A DNA stretch of 64,000 nucleotides, taken from assembly GCA_021850485.1 (NCBI GenBank), contig JAJZLY010000005.1:12686-76685 (forward strand). The letters run 5' to 3'. A program made the translations under genes and the position numbers. Below are positions 22,690 through 32,572 of the stretch, one piece after another; positions within the stretch are counted from its first letter, which is position 1, and each line of letters begins with the position of its first letter. The DNA comes from Bacillota bacterium. Its GTDB lineage: Bacteria > Bacillota > Sulfobacillia > JAJZYS01 > JAJZLH01. The notes beneath the pieces were generated by a model. That model did not search any database. It saw only the letters and a program-made list of their open reading frames with translations, and was not told the DNA's origin.

Positions 22690-24390
22690 ATGAGCCAGTC
22701 CCCAAGAGCCAAGCGTCGTTTGATTCGATTCGTTCGATTGCGTGAGCGGGTCGTAGATATGGTGGCGCTGACCACCGTGGCCAGCTTGGTGCTTTTTGGC
22801 GGGTTGGTCGGTCCCGCGATGGCCAGCGCCAGTTCATCGCCGGCACCGATCTCGTTGCAAACCGCTGGCTCCTTCGCGATCCTGGCCCAGGCCGCAATCT
22901 CCAACAGCGGCGCTTCCGTGATCACAGGGAACATCGGGCTCTACCCGGGAACCTCGGAGACCGGCTTCTCGTCGGCTGTGGTGAACGGCACCACGTACAT
23001 TAACGACGCTACGGCCCAGCAGGCGATAGCAGATCTGTCCACTGCCTACAACACCGTGACGCCGGCCGGCACAGCCAGCGCAGGAGACACCAGCACGACG
23101 GTGGCTGGCGGTTTGCTCAACGGTCAAACCTTCGGCCCGGGGGTATACAACTACAGCTCCGGACTGGACTTGACCACCACGGTTACCCTGGACGCCTACG
23201 GTAACTCCAATGCCGTGTTCATCTTTCAGGCGGGCTCCACGCTGACCACGGCTTCGGCCAGCTCGGTCGTGCTGACCAATGGTGCCCAGGCCTGCAACGT
23301 CTTCTGGCAGGTGGGAAGCTCTGCCACCCTAGGTAGCACCACCGCCTTCGTCGGAACGATTATGGCGGCGACCTCGGCAAGTCTGGACCAGGGAGCGAGC
23401 GTGGACGGAAGAGTGTTGGCTGGAGCGGTAAACTCGACCGGCGCCGTCACCCTGATCGACAACGCCATCACGGTACCAACTTGCGCCAGCCCTACGACTA
23501 CAACCACCCCGACCCCGACCCCGACCTCGACCGCCCTCACCACAGCTGCCTCCAGTAGTACGATCACGCTCGGGAACAGCGTCACCGACGTTGCCACCGT
23601 GACAAGTGCTAACGGGGCCACCCCCAGCGGCTCGGTGCAGTTCTACGCCTGTGCCGTGGGCGATACGGCGTGCACCTCCTCGGCTGGCACCGCGCTGACG
23701 CCTGCCGAAACCCTGATCAACGGAGTTGCAACCTCGCCCAGCGTCACACCCTCGGCCGTCGGAACCTATTGTTTCGCGGCGGTCTACAGCCCCAGTAACA
23801 GTAGCTTTGCCTCCTCGTCAGAGACCAGCACCACCGCCAACACCGAGTGCTTCGCCGTGACTGCCACCCCCATCCCGACCATCACTACCACACCGTCCGC
23901 AACTGGGGTTGTTCTCGGCACCAGCGTCACAGACTCGGCCACCTTGGTCGGCACCACAGCGGGCGGCACGCCGACCGGCTCAGTACAGTTCTATGCCTGC
24001 GGACCGAACAGTGCCCTGTGTGCCCCTTCCCTGGGCACAGCGTTTGGTCCAAGTGAGCCCTTGGTCGGCGGCGCTGTTACCTCTTCGACCTTCACCCCAA
24101 CGCTTGTCGGCCTCTACTGCTTCTCCACGGCCTACAGCCCGAGTGGCACCACTTACGCCGGCGTCGCAGAGACTGGTAGTACGATCAATGGAGAGTGCTT
24201 CAACGTCACGGCGCCAGTCGTCATCCCCCCGGTCGTGGTACCGCCAGTCGTGGTGCCGGCCGCACACACCGGCGAGCCCTGGGCGGGCTGGGTCTACTGG
24301 GCGCTGATCGGAGCCGCCGGAATCTTAGGCATTACCCTGGCTATGCAAGGTGTAACCCGCCGTCGCTCCACCCGCCGCACCGAGCACTAA
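22690..24390 (+). CDS. Secreted, sortase-anchored surface protein with N-terminal DUF3494 (ice-binding-like beta-helix) domain, Thr/Pro linkers and two Ig-like Cys-containing repeats
   Basis: Signal peptide (...VASLVLFGGLVGPAMASA). SFAILAQAAISNSGASVITGNIGLYPGTS matches DUF3494. Two ~115-aa repeats (GSVQFYAC...C...YCF..YSP...ECF). C-terminal motif PAAHTG, a hydrophobic segment and an RRRSTRR tail form a cell-wall sorting signal. Confidence 0.7.
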   Translation: MSQSPRAKRRLIRFVRLRERVVDMVALTTVASLVLFGGLVGPAMASASSSPAPISLQTAGSFAILAQAAISNSGASVITGNIGLYPGTSETGFSSAVVNGTTYINDATAQQAIADLSTAYNTVTPAGTASAGDTSTTVAGGLLNGQTFGPGVYNYSSGLDLTTTVTLDAYGNSNAVFIFQAGSTLTTASASSVVLTNGAQACNVFWQVGSSATLGSTTAFVGTIMAATSASLDQGASVDGRVLAGAVNSTGAVTLIDNAITVPTCASPTTTTTPTPTPTSTALTTAASSSTITLGNSVTDVATVTSANGATPSGSVQFYACAVGDTACTSSAGTALTPAETLINGVATSPSVTPSAVGTYCFAAVYSPSNSSFASSSETSTTANTECFAVTATPIPTITTTPSATGVVLGTSVTDSATLVGTTAGGTPTGSVQFYACGPNSALCAPSLGTAFGPSEPLVGGAVTSSTFTPTLVGLYCFSTAYSPSGTTYAGVAETGSTINGECFNVTAPVVIPPVVVPPVVVPAAHTGEPWAGWVYWALIGAAGILGITLAMQGVTRRRSTRRTEH

Positions 24391-24445
24391 ACCGACGGCA
24401 CGGATCGTCCGTGCAGTTGGTAAACGCCACCCCCGCTGGTGGGGG

Positions 24446-25426
24446 GTGGCCGGCGCGTTGTTGGTGGTCGTCGCTGCGTTCGGTGTTGCCTACCCGCTGT
24501 GGTGGAACCAGCGAGCCGCCATCGGCGGGCGCACCCTGATGCAGAGGGTCCATACGCCCTCGCTGGCAGCCTGCAAGACCGCTGCGACGGATTCGTCCAC
24601 CAGCTCTGGCCCAGGCGTGCTGGCCATCCCGGCTATCGGCCTCGATGCCCCAGTGCTTCAGGGCCTGACCAACGCCGTCTTGGACGTGGCGGTGGGGCAC
24701 GATCCGGTGACCGTCTGGCCCGGTGGCCCAGGTGAAAGCGTGCTGCTGGCCCACGATGTCAGTTATTTCTCGGCCCTCGACCAGTTGCGGCCCGGTGACC
24801 TGGTGACCTGGACTGCAGGGTGTAACCAGGCCGTGTTCCAGGTGATCACCACCACAGTGACACAGCCGGGTGCCACCATACCGCTGCCCGCATCGGGATT
24901 TGGCCTGGCGCTGGTCACCTGTTGGCCAACCAACTCCCTCTTTTGGACCTCGCAGCGCTATATGGTGGAAACCAAACTGGTCTCGACCAAGACCCTGGCC
25001 CAGCCGGCCAGGGTCCTGGCGCAACCGCTGCTCGAACTGACCGTACCGGCTCCACCAGCACTGGTGAAGCTTGGCATTTCACCGACGGGAAGTGGGATTG
25101 GACTCGGTCGACTGGTCATTTCCGGCACACCGACTCAAGCCTTTGCCCAGAGTCCACAGCCACTGGTGGCGGCCAACGCCGCCCTGGAGGACTATGTCGC
25201 CGCCGAGAAGACTGCCGCCGCGGGCAATGCGAACTGGTGGCATGCCCTGGCTGTGGCCGATCTGCCGCTGCCGGCGCCGTGGTCGCTGTTCGATCGCACC
25301 AATGTCACGCTGATCGTCTCGGGTCAGACGGTGCAAGGAGTCGTCCTTTCCTCGCCTGCTAAGACGCTGACCCTGACCGTGCGCGCTGGCGTGTTGCTGG
25401 TGAGCCAGGTGAGTGCCGGTCAGTAG
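24446..25426 (+). CDS. Sortase (class E/F-like) with ~130-aa C-terminal extension
   Basis: N-terminal TM anchor. Catalytic His (LLAHDVSYFSALDQLRPGDLV). TLxTC motif (LALVTCWP). Conserved Arg (TSQRYMV). 326 aa, against about 200 aa for typical sortases. Confidence 0.85.
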   Translation: MAGALLVVVAAFGVAYPLWWNQRAAIGGRTLMQRVHTPSLAACKTAATDSSTSSGPGVLAIPAIGLDAPVLQGLTNAVLDVAVGHDPVTVWPGGPGESVLLAHDVSYFSALDQLRPGDLVTWTAGCNQAVFQVITTTVTQPGATIPLPASGFGLALVTCWPTNSLFWTSQRYMVETKLVSTKTLAQPARVLAQPLLELTVPAPPALVKLGISPTGSGIGLGRLVISGTPTQAFAQSPQPLVAANAALEDYVAAEKTAAAGNANWWHALAVADLPLPAPWSLFDRTNVTLIVSGQTVQGVVLSSPAKTLTLTVRAGVLLVSQVSAGQ

Positions 25427-25515
25427 GTACCAGCGCGTGCGGCCGCTGAGGCAACAAAGGCGGTCCAAAACGGCCGTGGCTTGACTGTGGCCGTGGTGTT
25501 GGGTACGCTCCGTAC

Positions 25516-25712
25516 CAACGCGATGAGCGGCAGGAGTAACTGGGCGGTGTGTGCAGAGAGGGGACGGACGGTGCAAGTCCCCACACCGGACAGTGAAGGT
25601 CAGCCGGGAGCGGCCCCTCGGGAGAGGGGACGGTCGGCACCGATAGCGGCCCCGAGTGACAAGACAAGGTGGTACCGCGGCACCCCCCCCGCCCTTGAGG
25701 TGAGGGGGTGTA
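25516..25712 (+). ncRNA. T-box riboswitch leader (valine specifier GUC) for valS
   Basis: Promoter TTGACT-17-TACGCT (25481-25509). Stem I K-turn/AGTA box (gcgatgagcggcaggagta). Specifier region ugaagGUCagcc. T-box core aaGGTGGTACCGCGg at 25667-25680. G/C-rich terminator 25681-25710. Confidence 0.7.
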
Positions 25713-25736
25713 TTGCATGTCTTGGGGGTGTCTCAC

Positions 25737-28337
25737 ATGGACAGTCGCTACGATCCGGCCAAGTTCGAGGCGCAGATCTACCAGCTGTGGCTGGACCACG
25801 GCGTGGCTAAGCCTGTCGCTGGCGGGCGGCGGTTCGTCTTGACCATGCCACCGGCCAACGTCACCGGGAACTTGCACATGGGTCACGCCCTCACCTACCC
25901 CACCCAAGACGCCGTGGTCCGCTTCCATCGCCTGCTCGGCGAAGAGGTGTTGTACGTGCCCGGTACAGACCACGCCGGGATCGCCACCCAACTGGTGGTA
26001 GAGCGCGAGCTGAAAAAGGAGCATCTGACCCGCACTGGACTGGGTCGAAGGGCCTTTGTGGATCGGGTCTGGCAATGGCGAGAGCACTCTGGTGGCCAAA
26101 TCCTGAGCCAGCTGCGCCGGCTAGGGGTGCTCGCCGACTGGGATCGGCTGGCCTTCACCCTGGATGCGGGACCCAGCCGGGCGGTGCGCACCTTTTTCCA
26201 GCGCGCCTACCACAAGGGGCTGATCTACCGCGGCGCCTATATCGTGAACTGGTGTCCGCGCTGTCGAACGGCGCTGTCCGATCTGGAGGTGGTACACCAC
26301 GACACCGCCGGCACCCTTTGGCAGATCGCCTACCCGGTGATCGGCACCGACCAGACGATCACCGTCGCCACCACCCGACCGGAGACCATGCTCGGCGACA
26401 CAGCCGTGGCGGTGCACCCGGACGACTCCCGGCACCGAGCACGGGTGGGACAGATGGTGCAGCTGCCGCTGACTGAGCGGCAAGTGCCGGTGATCGCAGA
26501 CGCAGCAGTCGACATGGACTTTGGCACGGGAGCCGTGAAAGTGACGCCAGCCCATGATGCCGATGACTTCGCCATCGGCATCCGCCACCAGCTGGAGCCG
26601 CTGGCTGTGATCGATGAAGACGGCAAGATGATCAATGTGCCGCACCGGTACCTGGGCCTTTCCACCACCCAGGCCCGAGAACTGGTCCTGAGCGAGTTGC
26701 AGGCCCAGGGCGTGTTGGTGGGGCAACAAGAGCACCTACACGCCGTCGGTCACTGCGAGCGCTGCGACACGGTGATCGAACCGCGCCTGTCCCAGCAGTG
26801 GTTCTTGTCGATGAAACCCCTGGCCGAGCAGGCCCTGGCGGCGGTCGCCCGCGGCGATGTCAGCTTCCACCCGGACCGCTTCACCAAGATCGCCAACCAA
26901 TGGCTGGAGAACATTCACGACTGGTGCATCTCACGCCAGTTGTGGTGGGGTCACCAAATCCCGGCCTGGTACTGTGCCGATTGCGGGGCGACGGTGGTGC
27001 CAGTGGCAGATGAGACGCCCAGTAGCTGCCCCAAGTGCGCCGGAACCCGCCTGACTCAGGATGAAGACGTGCTCGACACCTGGTTCTCGTCGGCCCTGTG
27101 GCCGTTTTCCACCCTCGGCTGGCCGGAGCAGACGGCCGACCTGGCACGCTACTTCCCGACCCAGACCCTGGTCACAGGAAGCGACATTTTGTTCTTCTGG
27201 GTGATCCGCATGCTGGTGGCGTCGTTGGAGCTGACAGAGCAGGTGCCCTTTGGTCAGGTGATGCTGCACGGCTTGGTGCGAGACAGCCAGGGACAAAAGA
27301 TGTCCAAGACCCGCGGCAACGGCATCGACCCCTTGCTCATGATCGAGCGCCACGGAGCCGATGCCCTGCGCTGGAGCCTGCTCACGGGAACTGCCCTCGG
27401 CCAAGACGTCAGAGGCTCAGAGGCGCGGGTGGTGGAAGGGAGAAACTTCACCAACAAGATCTGGAACGCGGCCCGGCTGCTGGTCCAGCAACCCGGCGAT
27501 CGTGCCGATCCGGCCGGTGCCAACCAGCGCATCGACCGCTGGCTCCTAGACTGCGTGGCCGAGACAGCCGAGGCGGCCCGTGCGCTGCTCCTCTCCTATG
27601 AGCTGGGGGCCGGCGCGGCGCGCATCCAAGACCTGTTTTGGGACCGTTTTTGCGACGTCTACCTGGAAACGCTCAAGGGCAGGCTGAACGGCCCAGACGG
27701 CCCGGCTGCCCTGAGCTTGGCCAACTCCGTCTTAGCCGATTGCCTGATCATGCTTCACCCCTTCGTTCCCTTCGTCACCGAAGCGATCTGGCAGTCGCTC
27801 AGGCAGACTGAGCGTCTGGTGGCCACGGCCACCTGGCCCGCACCTGAGCAGCGCTACCCCGTGGAACGCCGGCAGATCGATCAACTGTTGGATCTGGTAC
27901 GGGCCATCCGCAACCTGAAGGCGGATGCTGGCGAAGCGGCCAGCCGCACCGTGCTGGTGCGGGTGCACGCCCATGACCAGAGTGCAGCCTTGATCCAAGA
28001 GGAGGCAGGCTTGATCGCCCATTTGGCGGGGTGCGAGTTGGTTTTGGCCGGTGAGGGTGATGCGGTGTGGGAGAAGGCGCTGTCCGCCCGCACGGACGTG
28101 GCGGACGCCTACCTGCGGGTGGGGGAGGCGGCGAGCCAAGAGCTCGGGCGCCTGGAGCGCGATCTGGCCACATTGGCGGAAGAGATCGGGCGGGTCCAAG
28201 GCCGCTTGGACAGTGCAGACTTTTTGGCCCATGCCCCTGCGGCTGTGGTGGAAAAAGAGCGCGCTCGCCTCCAGGAGCTGGCTGCAAAACACCAGCGGGC
28301 GTTGGATCGCCGCCGTCTGCTTCAGGGCGGCCAGTGA
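25737..28337 (+). CDS. valS: Valyl-tRNA synthetase
   Basis: HMGH motif (PPANVTGNLHMGHAL). KMSKS (KMSKTRGN). C-terminal coiled coil. Start placed at ATG 25737 after the leader terminator. The track ORF starts inside the terminator. Confidence 0.95.
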   Translation: MDSRYDPAKFEAQIYQLWLDHGVAKPVAGGRRFVLTMPPANVTGNLHMGHALTYPTQDAVVRFHRLLGEEVLYVPGTDHAGIATQLVVERELKKEHLTRTGLGRRAFVDRVWQWREHSGGQILSQLRRLGVLADWDRLAFTLDAGPSRAVRTFFQRAYHKGLIYRGAYIVNWCPRCRTALSDLEVVHHDTAGTLWQIAYPVIGTDQTITVATTRPETMLGDTAVAVHPDDSRHRARVGQMVQLPLTERQVPVIADAAVDMDFGTGAVKVTPAHDADDFAIGIRHQLEPLAVIDEDGKMINVPHRYLGLSTTQARELVLSELQAQGVLVGQQEHLHAVGHCERCDTVIEPRLSQQWFLSMKPLAEQALAAVARGDVSFHPDRFTKIANQWLENIHDWCISRQLWWGHQIPAWYCADCGATVVPVADETPSSCPKCAGTRLTQDEDVLDTWFSSALWPFSTLGWPEQTADLARYFPTQTLVTGSDILFFWVIRMLVASLELTEQVPFGQVMLHGLVRDSQGQKMSKTRGNGIDPLLMIERHGADALRWSLLTGTALGQDVRGSEARVVEGRNFTNKIWNAARLLVQQPGDRADPAGANQRIDRWLLDCVAETAEAARALLLSYELGAGAARIQDLFWDRFCDVYLETLKGRLNGPDGPAALSLANSVLADCLIMLHPFVPFVTEAIWQSLRQTERLVATATWPAPEQRYPVERRQIDQLLDLVRAIRNLKADAGEAASRTVLVRVHAHDQSAALIQEEAGLIAHLAGCELVLAGEGDAVWEKALSARTDVADAYLRVGEAASQELGRLERDLATLAEEIGRVQGRLDSADFLAHAPAAVVEKERARLQELAAKHQRALDRRRLLQGGQ

Positions 28338-29587
28338 GCGTCCGGTCCACCATCCGCCGGCTGCACAGTCGGGGCCGGTTCGGCGAGTTGGGCCTGGAGC
28401 GGATGGAGCGCCTGATGGCCAATCTGGGCCAGCCGCAAGACGCCGTGCCGGCCATCCATGTGGCTGGTACCAACGGCAAAGGCTCGACGGCTGCCATGGT
28501 CGAGGCGGTATGGCGCCAGGCCGGCTTCCGGACTGGGCTCTACACGTCTCCGCACTTGGTGGACTGGCGAGAGCGGATCCAGGTCTCAGGACAGCGGATC
28601 TCGCCCCGCCTGTTGGCTGAGCATTTGGCGACGGTCGAGCGGGCCTTGGGCCAAGAGCAAGATCCGCTCACCGAGTTCGAGGCCTGGACGGCGGTCGCAT
28701 TTATGCACTTTCGCCACCGTCAGGTGCACCGGGCGGCGATCGAGGTGGGGTTGGGTGGCAGGCTCGATGCCACCAATGTGCTGCACCGGCCGCGGGCGGC
28801 GGCGATCGTGACCATCGGCCTGGACCATGTGCAGCGGCTGGGTGGAACGCTCGATGCCATCGCCTGGGAGAAGGCTGGGGTGGCCAAGGCCGGTGTGCCG
28901 CTGGTCGTTGGCTGGCTGCCGCCCCAAGCGCTGCACGTGGTTCAAGAGCGCGCCGCTCAGGTTGGCGCGCCCGTGATCCTGGCCGGGCGCGACTTCACCT
29001 ATTCGGGCCACGGTGCCCAGTGGCAATTTGCCGGCCTGGGCCGACGCGTCCGGGCGGCGCTCTCGCTCAGCGGCACCTATCAGGCGGAAAACGCCGCCGT
29101 CGCAACGGCGCTCTTGGTGCTTGCCGACCCCGACCTCGGCCCCGACCAGATCCGGTCGGGGCTCGAAGTAGCCCGCTGGCCGGGGCGCATGGAGCGGGTC
29201 AGCGAACGACCCCAGGTGTGGCTGGATGGCGCGAAGAACCCCCTGGGCACACAGGCTCTGCGCCGTCACCTAGATCAGGTGGCAGCCGGAAAAGGGGTGC
29301 GGCTGGTGTTTGGCTGCCTGGATGAGCGGGATCCAGCGGCGCTTTTGGCCCCGCTGGCCGACCGGGTCGAGGAGTTGATGCTGGTGCCTATCCACGATGC
29401 CCGGGCTTTGCCGTCGGCCCAACTGGTGGCGGCAGCCCAGACGCTCGGGCTGAAAGGACGCCTGGGTACCCTGGGCCAGGCCGCCCGTTTTCTGTTGGAG
29501 ACGCCCGACAGCCAAGTCGGGGTCGGCACAGGGTCGTTTTATTTGGTCGGCCCGCTGCGCCGCTTGATCTGCGGGGCGCGATCCTGA
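28334..29587 (+). CDS. folC: Folylpolyglutamate synthase / dihydrofolate synthase
   Basis: GTG overlaps the valS stop (GTGA). P-loop HVAGTNGKGSTAAMV. Mur-ligase family. valS-folC adjacency as in Bacillus. Confidence 0.85.
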   Translation: MSVRSTIRRLHSRGRFGELGLERMERLMANLGQPQDAVPAIHVAGTNGKGSTAAMVEAVWRQAGFRTGLYTSPHLVDWRERIQVSGQRISPRLLAEHLATVERALGQEQDPLTEFEAWTAVAFMHFRHRQVHRAAIEVGLGGRLDATNVLHRPRAAAIVTIGLDHVQRLGGTLDAIAWEKAGVAKAGVPLVVGWLPPQALHVVQERAAQVGAPVILAGRDFTYSGHGAQWQFAGLGRRVRAALSLSGTYQAENAAVATALLVLADPDLGPDQIRSGLEVARWPGRMERVSERPQVWLDGAKNPLGTQALRRHLDQVAAGKGVRLVFGCLDERDPAALLAPLADRVEELMLVPIHDARALPSAQLVAAAQTLGLKGRLGTLGQAARFLLETPDSQVGVGTGSFYLVGPLRRLICGARS

Positions 29588-29691
29588 TGGCTAGGCGGCG
29601 CAGCCGGCGGCGGCGGCTCGGCCTCACCTTATTGGTCTGGGCCATCGCCTTTGCTGGTGGCTGGTACCTGGCTGGCCGCCTATTCCTCTAG
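29587..29691 (+). CDS. Putative 34-aa single-TM peptide (MARRRSRRRRLGLTLLVWAIAFAGGWYLAGRLFL)
   Basis: ATG overlaps the folC stop (TGATG). It has a positively charged N-terminus and one hydrophobic helix. It is below the ORF-track length cut-off. Speculative. Confidence 0.25.
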   Translation: MARRRSRRRRLGLTLLVWAIAFAGGWYLAGRLFL

Positions 29692-29760
29692 GTCCAGTGC
29701 TGAGAGGAGATGCGGTTTCGGACCCGAAGTCGACCGAGCCGACCGCAAAGGAGGCTATCG

Positions 29761-30003
29761 ATGCAGCGGCGTCATCAGCGCCCGCACTGGGGATACTGGG
29801 TTGCCGGCCTGGCCGGCCTGATCATCGGCACCGTGATGGGCCAGGCACTCAGCCCGGTAGCCGGTACTTGGCTGGGGCATGCCATCGTGATCTCACCGTG
29901 GACCGTCAATTTGTACGTCCTTGGCTTCACCATCTTCGTGAAGACCAATCCGGCCGGCCTGCTGCTCGCGGTCCTGGCTGTGTTTATCTATGGCGGCGTC
30001 TAG
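29761..30003 (+). CDS. Small membrane protein (80 aa, two TM helices)
   Basis: RBS aaggagg lies 7 nt before ATG 29761. HWGYWVAGLAGLIIGTVMG... is hydrophobic. Confidence 0.45.
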   Translation: MQRRHQRPHWGYWVAGLAGLIIGTVMGQALSPVAGTWLGHAIVISPWTVNLYVLGFTIFVKTNPAGLLLAVLAVFIYGGV

Positions 30004-30020
30004 CGGGAGGTCCGGCCCAG

Positions 30021-30719
30021 GTGGCCGGCCGCAAGAATCCGGGCCTGCCCAGAGAGCGGCTGTTCACCAAGGGTGCCTCCGCCCTTAGCGATCGCGAGCT
30101 GGTGGCGATCTTGTTGCGTACCGGCCGCCGTGGGATGCCGGTTCTGGCCCTGGCTGACCAGCTGCTGAGCGAGGGGTTGGATCGACTGTTTTGGTCCTCC
30201 CCCGAGGAATTGGTGCGCCGGGCCGGGATCGGTCCGGCAAAGGCAGCAAGCTTGTGGGCTGCCTTCGAACTGGGCCGCCGGATAGGGCTTCCGGCACAGC
30301 CGGCGAGACCCCGGTTGAGCGACCCGCAGCAGGCTGCCAGCCTGCTGCGCCACCACTTTGCGCCAGAGCGCGAGGAGCTGCGCGCTTTGTACCTGGATCG
30401 CTCCTTGCGCCTGCTTGACGAACGCGTGATCAGCCAAGGCGGGCGCAACTGGACCCATGCTGAGCCGGCGGATGTGTTCGGTCCGGCCCTGCGACTGGGT
30501 GCATCGGCGGTGATTTTGGCTCATAATCATCCGGGCGGCGACATGGTGGCCTCGTGGCAGGACCGCGCGGCAACCGAGCGGCTGTGCCAAGTGGGCGCCT
30601 TGCTCGGGGTCAGGCTTCTGGATCACCTCCTGATCACAGCCGCCGGCCACCTCAGCCTCGTGGCCCAGGATTCGGAGCAATCTGGCTGGCCTCAACGAAA
30701 GGAGCCCAGGCGGCGTTGA
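30021..30719 (+). CDS. radC: RadC-like JAB-domain protein (DNA repair protein RadC family)
   Basis: GTG at 30021 with RBS gggagg. HhH region [19 protein letters not shown] motif [12 protein letters not shown]. Confidence 0.85.
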   Translation: MAGRKNPGLPRERLFTKGASALSDRELVAILLRTGRRGMPVLALADQLLSEGLDRLFWSSPEELVRRAGIGPAKAASLWAAFELGRRIGLPAQPARPRLSDPQQAASLLRHHFAPEREELRALYLDRSLRLLDERVISQGGRNWTHAEPADVFGPALRLGASAVILAHNHPGGDMVASWQDRAATERLCQVGALLGVRLLDHLLITAAGHLSLVAQDSEQSGWPQRKEPRRR

Positions 30720-31753
30720 ACCTGAGCGACATCTTCCGGCGGACCCTGTCCCGGGATCTCGGCATCGACCTCGGCACCGCCAACACATTGGTCTACCTGA
30801 GAGGACACGGCGTGGTGGTGGAGGAGCCATCGGTGGTGGCGATCGACACCAGCACCCGGGCCGTGCTGGCCGTTGGCCGCCAGGCCAAGGAGATGGTGGG
30901 GCGAACCCCCCGCCACATTCGCATTGTCAGGCCGATGAAAGATGGCGTGATCGCGGACTTTCAGATTGCCCAGAGCATGCTCAAGTATTTCATGGCCCAG
31001 GCCACGGGCGGCGCCCGCCTGTTTCACCCGCGGGTGGTGATCGCAGTTCCCTCGGGCACGACCAGCGTGGAGCGCAGGGCGGTGATCGAGGCCGCTCAGC
31101 AGGCTGGCGCCCGCATTGCCCTGCCCATCGTCGAGCCCTTCGCGGCAGCGATCGGGGCCGACTTGCCGGTCGGTGAGCCCACCGGCAACATGGTCGTCGA
31201 CATCGGCGGCGGTACCACCGAGGTGGCGGTCATCTCCTTGGGTGGGGTGGTCTTGTCCCAGTCGGTGCGCGTCGCCGGCGATGAAATGGACGAGGCGATC
31301 GTGAATTACGTGCGCAAGGTGTACAACGTGGCGATTGGCTATCAGACCGCCGAGCAGGTCAAGATTGCCGTGGGTGCGGCCACCGACGCCGGCGACGCCG
31401 GGCTGGAGATCTGCGGCAGAGATCTGGTGACCGGGTTGCCAAGACCGGTGCGCCTGCAGGCAACGGAGGTCCAAAAGGCCGTGGCTGAGCCGGTGGCGGC
31501 GATCGTTGCCGCCATTCGCCAGACCCTGGAGCGGACGCCGCCGGAGCTGGCGGCTGACATCATGGAGCGGGGCATCGTCTTGACGGGCGGCGGCTCGCTG
31601 TTGCGCAACCTCGACCAACTGTTGATCAAGGAGACGGGTATGCCCGTGCATCCTGCGGAAGACGGGCTGCGCTGTGTGGTACGCGGCACTGGCCGCTGTT
31701 TGGAGGAGCCGAAGTTCCTGGATCTCGTGAAAAAAGTTCAGCGGCAGGACTGA
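30716..31753 (+). CDS. mreB: Rod shape-determining protein MreB
   Basis: [13 protein letters not shown] actin-like motif. TTG start overlaps the radC stop. RBS aaaggag. Confidence 0.9.
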   Translation: MNLSDIFRRTLSRDLGIDLGTANTLVYLRGHGVVVEEPSVVAIDTSTRAVLAVGRQAKEMVGRTPRHIRIVRPMKDGVIADFQIAQSMLKYFMAQATGGARLFHPRVVIAVPSGTTSVERRAVIEAAQQAGARIALPIVEPFAAAIGADLPVGEPTGNMVVDIGGGTTEVAVISLGGVVLSQSVRVAGDEMDEAIVNYVRKVYNVAIGYQTAEQVKIAVGAATDAGDAGLEICGRDLVTGLPRPVRLQATEVQKAVAEPVAAIVAAIRQTLERTPPELAADIMERGIVLTGGGSLLRNLDQLLIKETGMPVHPAEDGLRCVVRGTGRCLEEPKFLDLVKKVQRQD

Positions 31754-31756
31754 CGG

Positions 31757-32572
31757 ATGGGTCCCGGGGCAAGACAACGCTTTCTCGCCGCCATCAGCCT
31801 GACTGTGATCGTGGCGTTGTTGCTCGCCGGCACCTCCAAGGTCACCGGAGCGGCGATCAGTCTGTCGGCGGGTCTGTCCGAGGTGGCGGCACCGGCCGAG
31901 GGCGTGCTGGTGGGGGCCCTGTCCTCGGTCGGTGGCGTGGCGGCCGACCTGGCGGATATGTGGTCTGCCCAGCAGCAGGTCAGTGCCCTGCGTGCCAAAA
32001 ACGCCACGTTGCTAGGACAGATCGCCCAGATGCAAGCTGGCCAATACACGCTCAACCAGGTGCTACAGGTGCTGGCGCTCAGCCAGACCGCCGGGCTCAA
32101 GGGAAATACGGTGGCAGCCTCTGTCGTCGGTCGCTCTCCGGACACCTGGTTTGACACCTTGTGGATCGACCGCGGCAGCCAAAGCGGGATCCGCGTCGGC
32201 GATGCGGTCTTGTCGGTGGGCGGCGTGATCGGCCGGGTGCTGGCCGTGACGCCCAGCACGGCCGTGGTGCTGTTACTCGCCGACCCACAGAGTGCGATGG
32301 GTGTGATGGATGCGCGCACAGGTGCGACCGGCGTGGCGCTCGGCCAAGGCCGGGCGAGCACGCTCGAGTTGCAGTTTTTCACCGGCAACGCCCAGGTGCG
32401 CCCCGGTGACTTGATCGTCACATCGGGCCTGGGACGCCCGATCCCAGCGGGGCTGCTGGTCGGCCGGGTCAGCGCCCTGGGCAAGGCTGAACTGGGGCTG
32501 GTCAAGACGGCCACCGTGGTTCCTCACGCGGCCCTGGCCCAGGTGCAGACGGTGCTGGTCGTAACCAGATGA
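31757..32572 (+). CDS. mreC: Rod shape-determining protein MreC
   Basis: N-terminal TM segment, coiled-coil region and C-terminal beta domain. Sits between mreB and mreD. Confidence 0.8.
   Translation: MGPGARQRFLAAISLTVIVALLLAGTSKVTGAAISLSAGLSEVAAPAEGVLVGALSSVGGVAADLADMWSAQQQVSALRAKNATLLGQIAQMQAGQYTLNQVLQVLALSQTAGLKGNTVAASVVGRSPDTWFDTLWIDRGSQSGIRVGDAVLSVGGVIGRVLAVTPSTAVVLLLADPQSAMGVMDARTGATGVALGQGRASTLELQFFTGNAQVRPGDLIVTSGLGRPIPAGLLVGRVSALGKAELGLVKTATVVPHAALAQVQTVLVVTR

Noticed and set aside
25481-25810. 109-aa plus-strand ORF
   Set aside because: Lies entirely within the T-box leader/terminator of valS and has no RBS. It is an RNA regulatory element, not coding.
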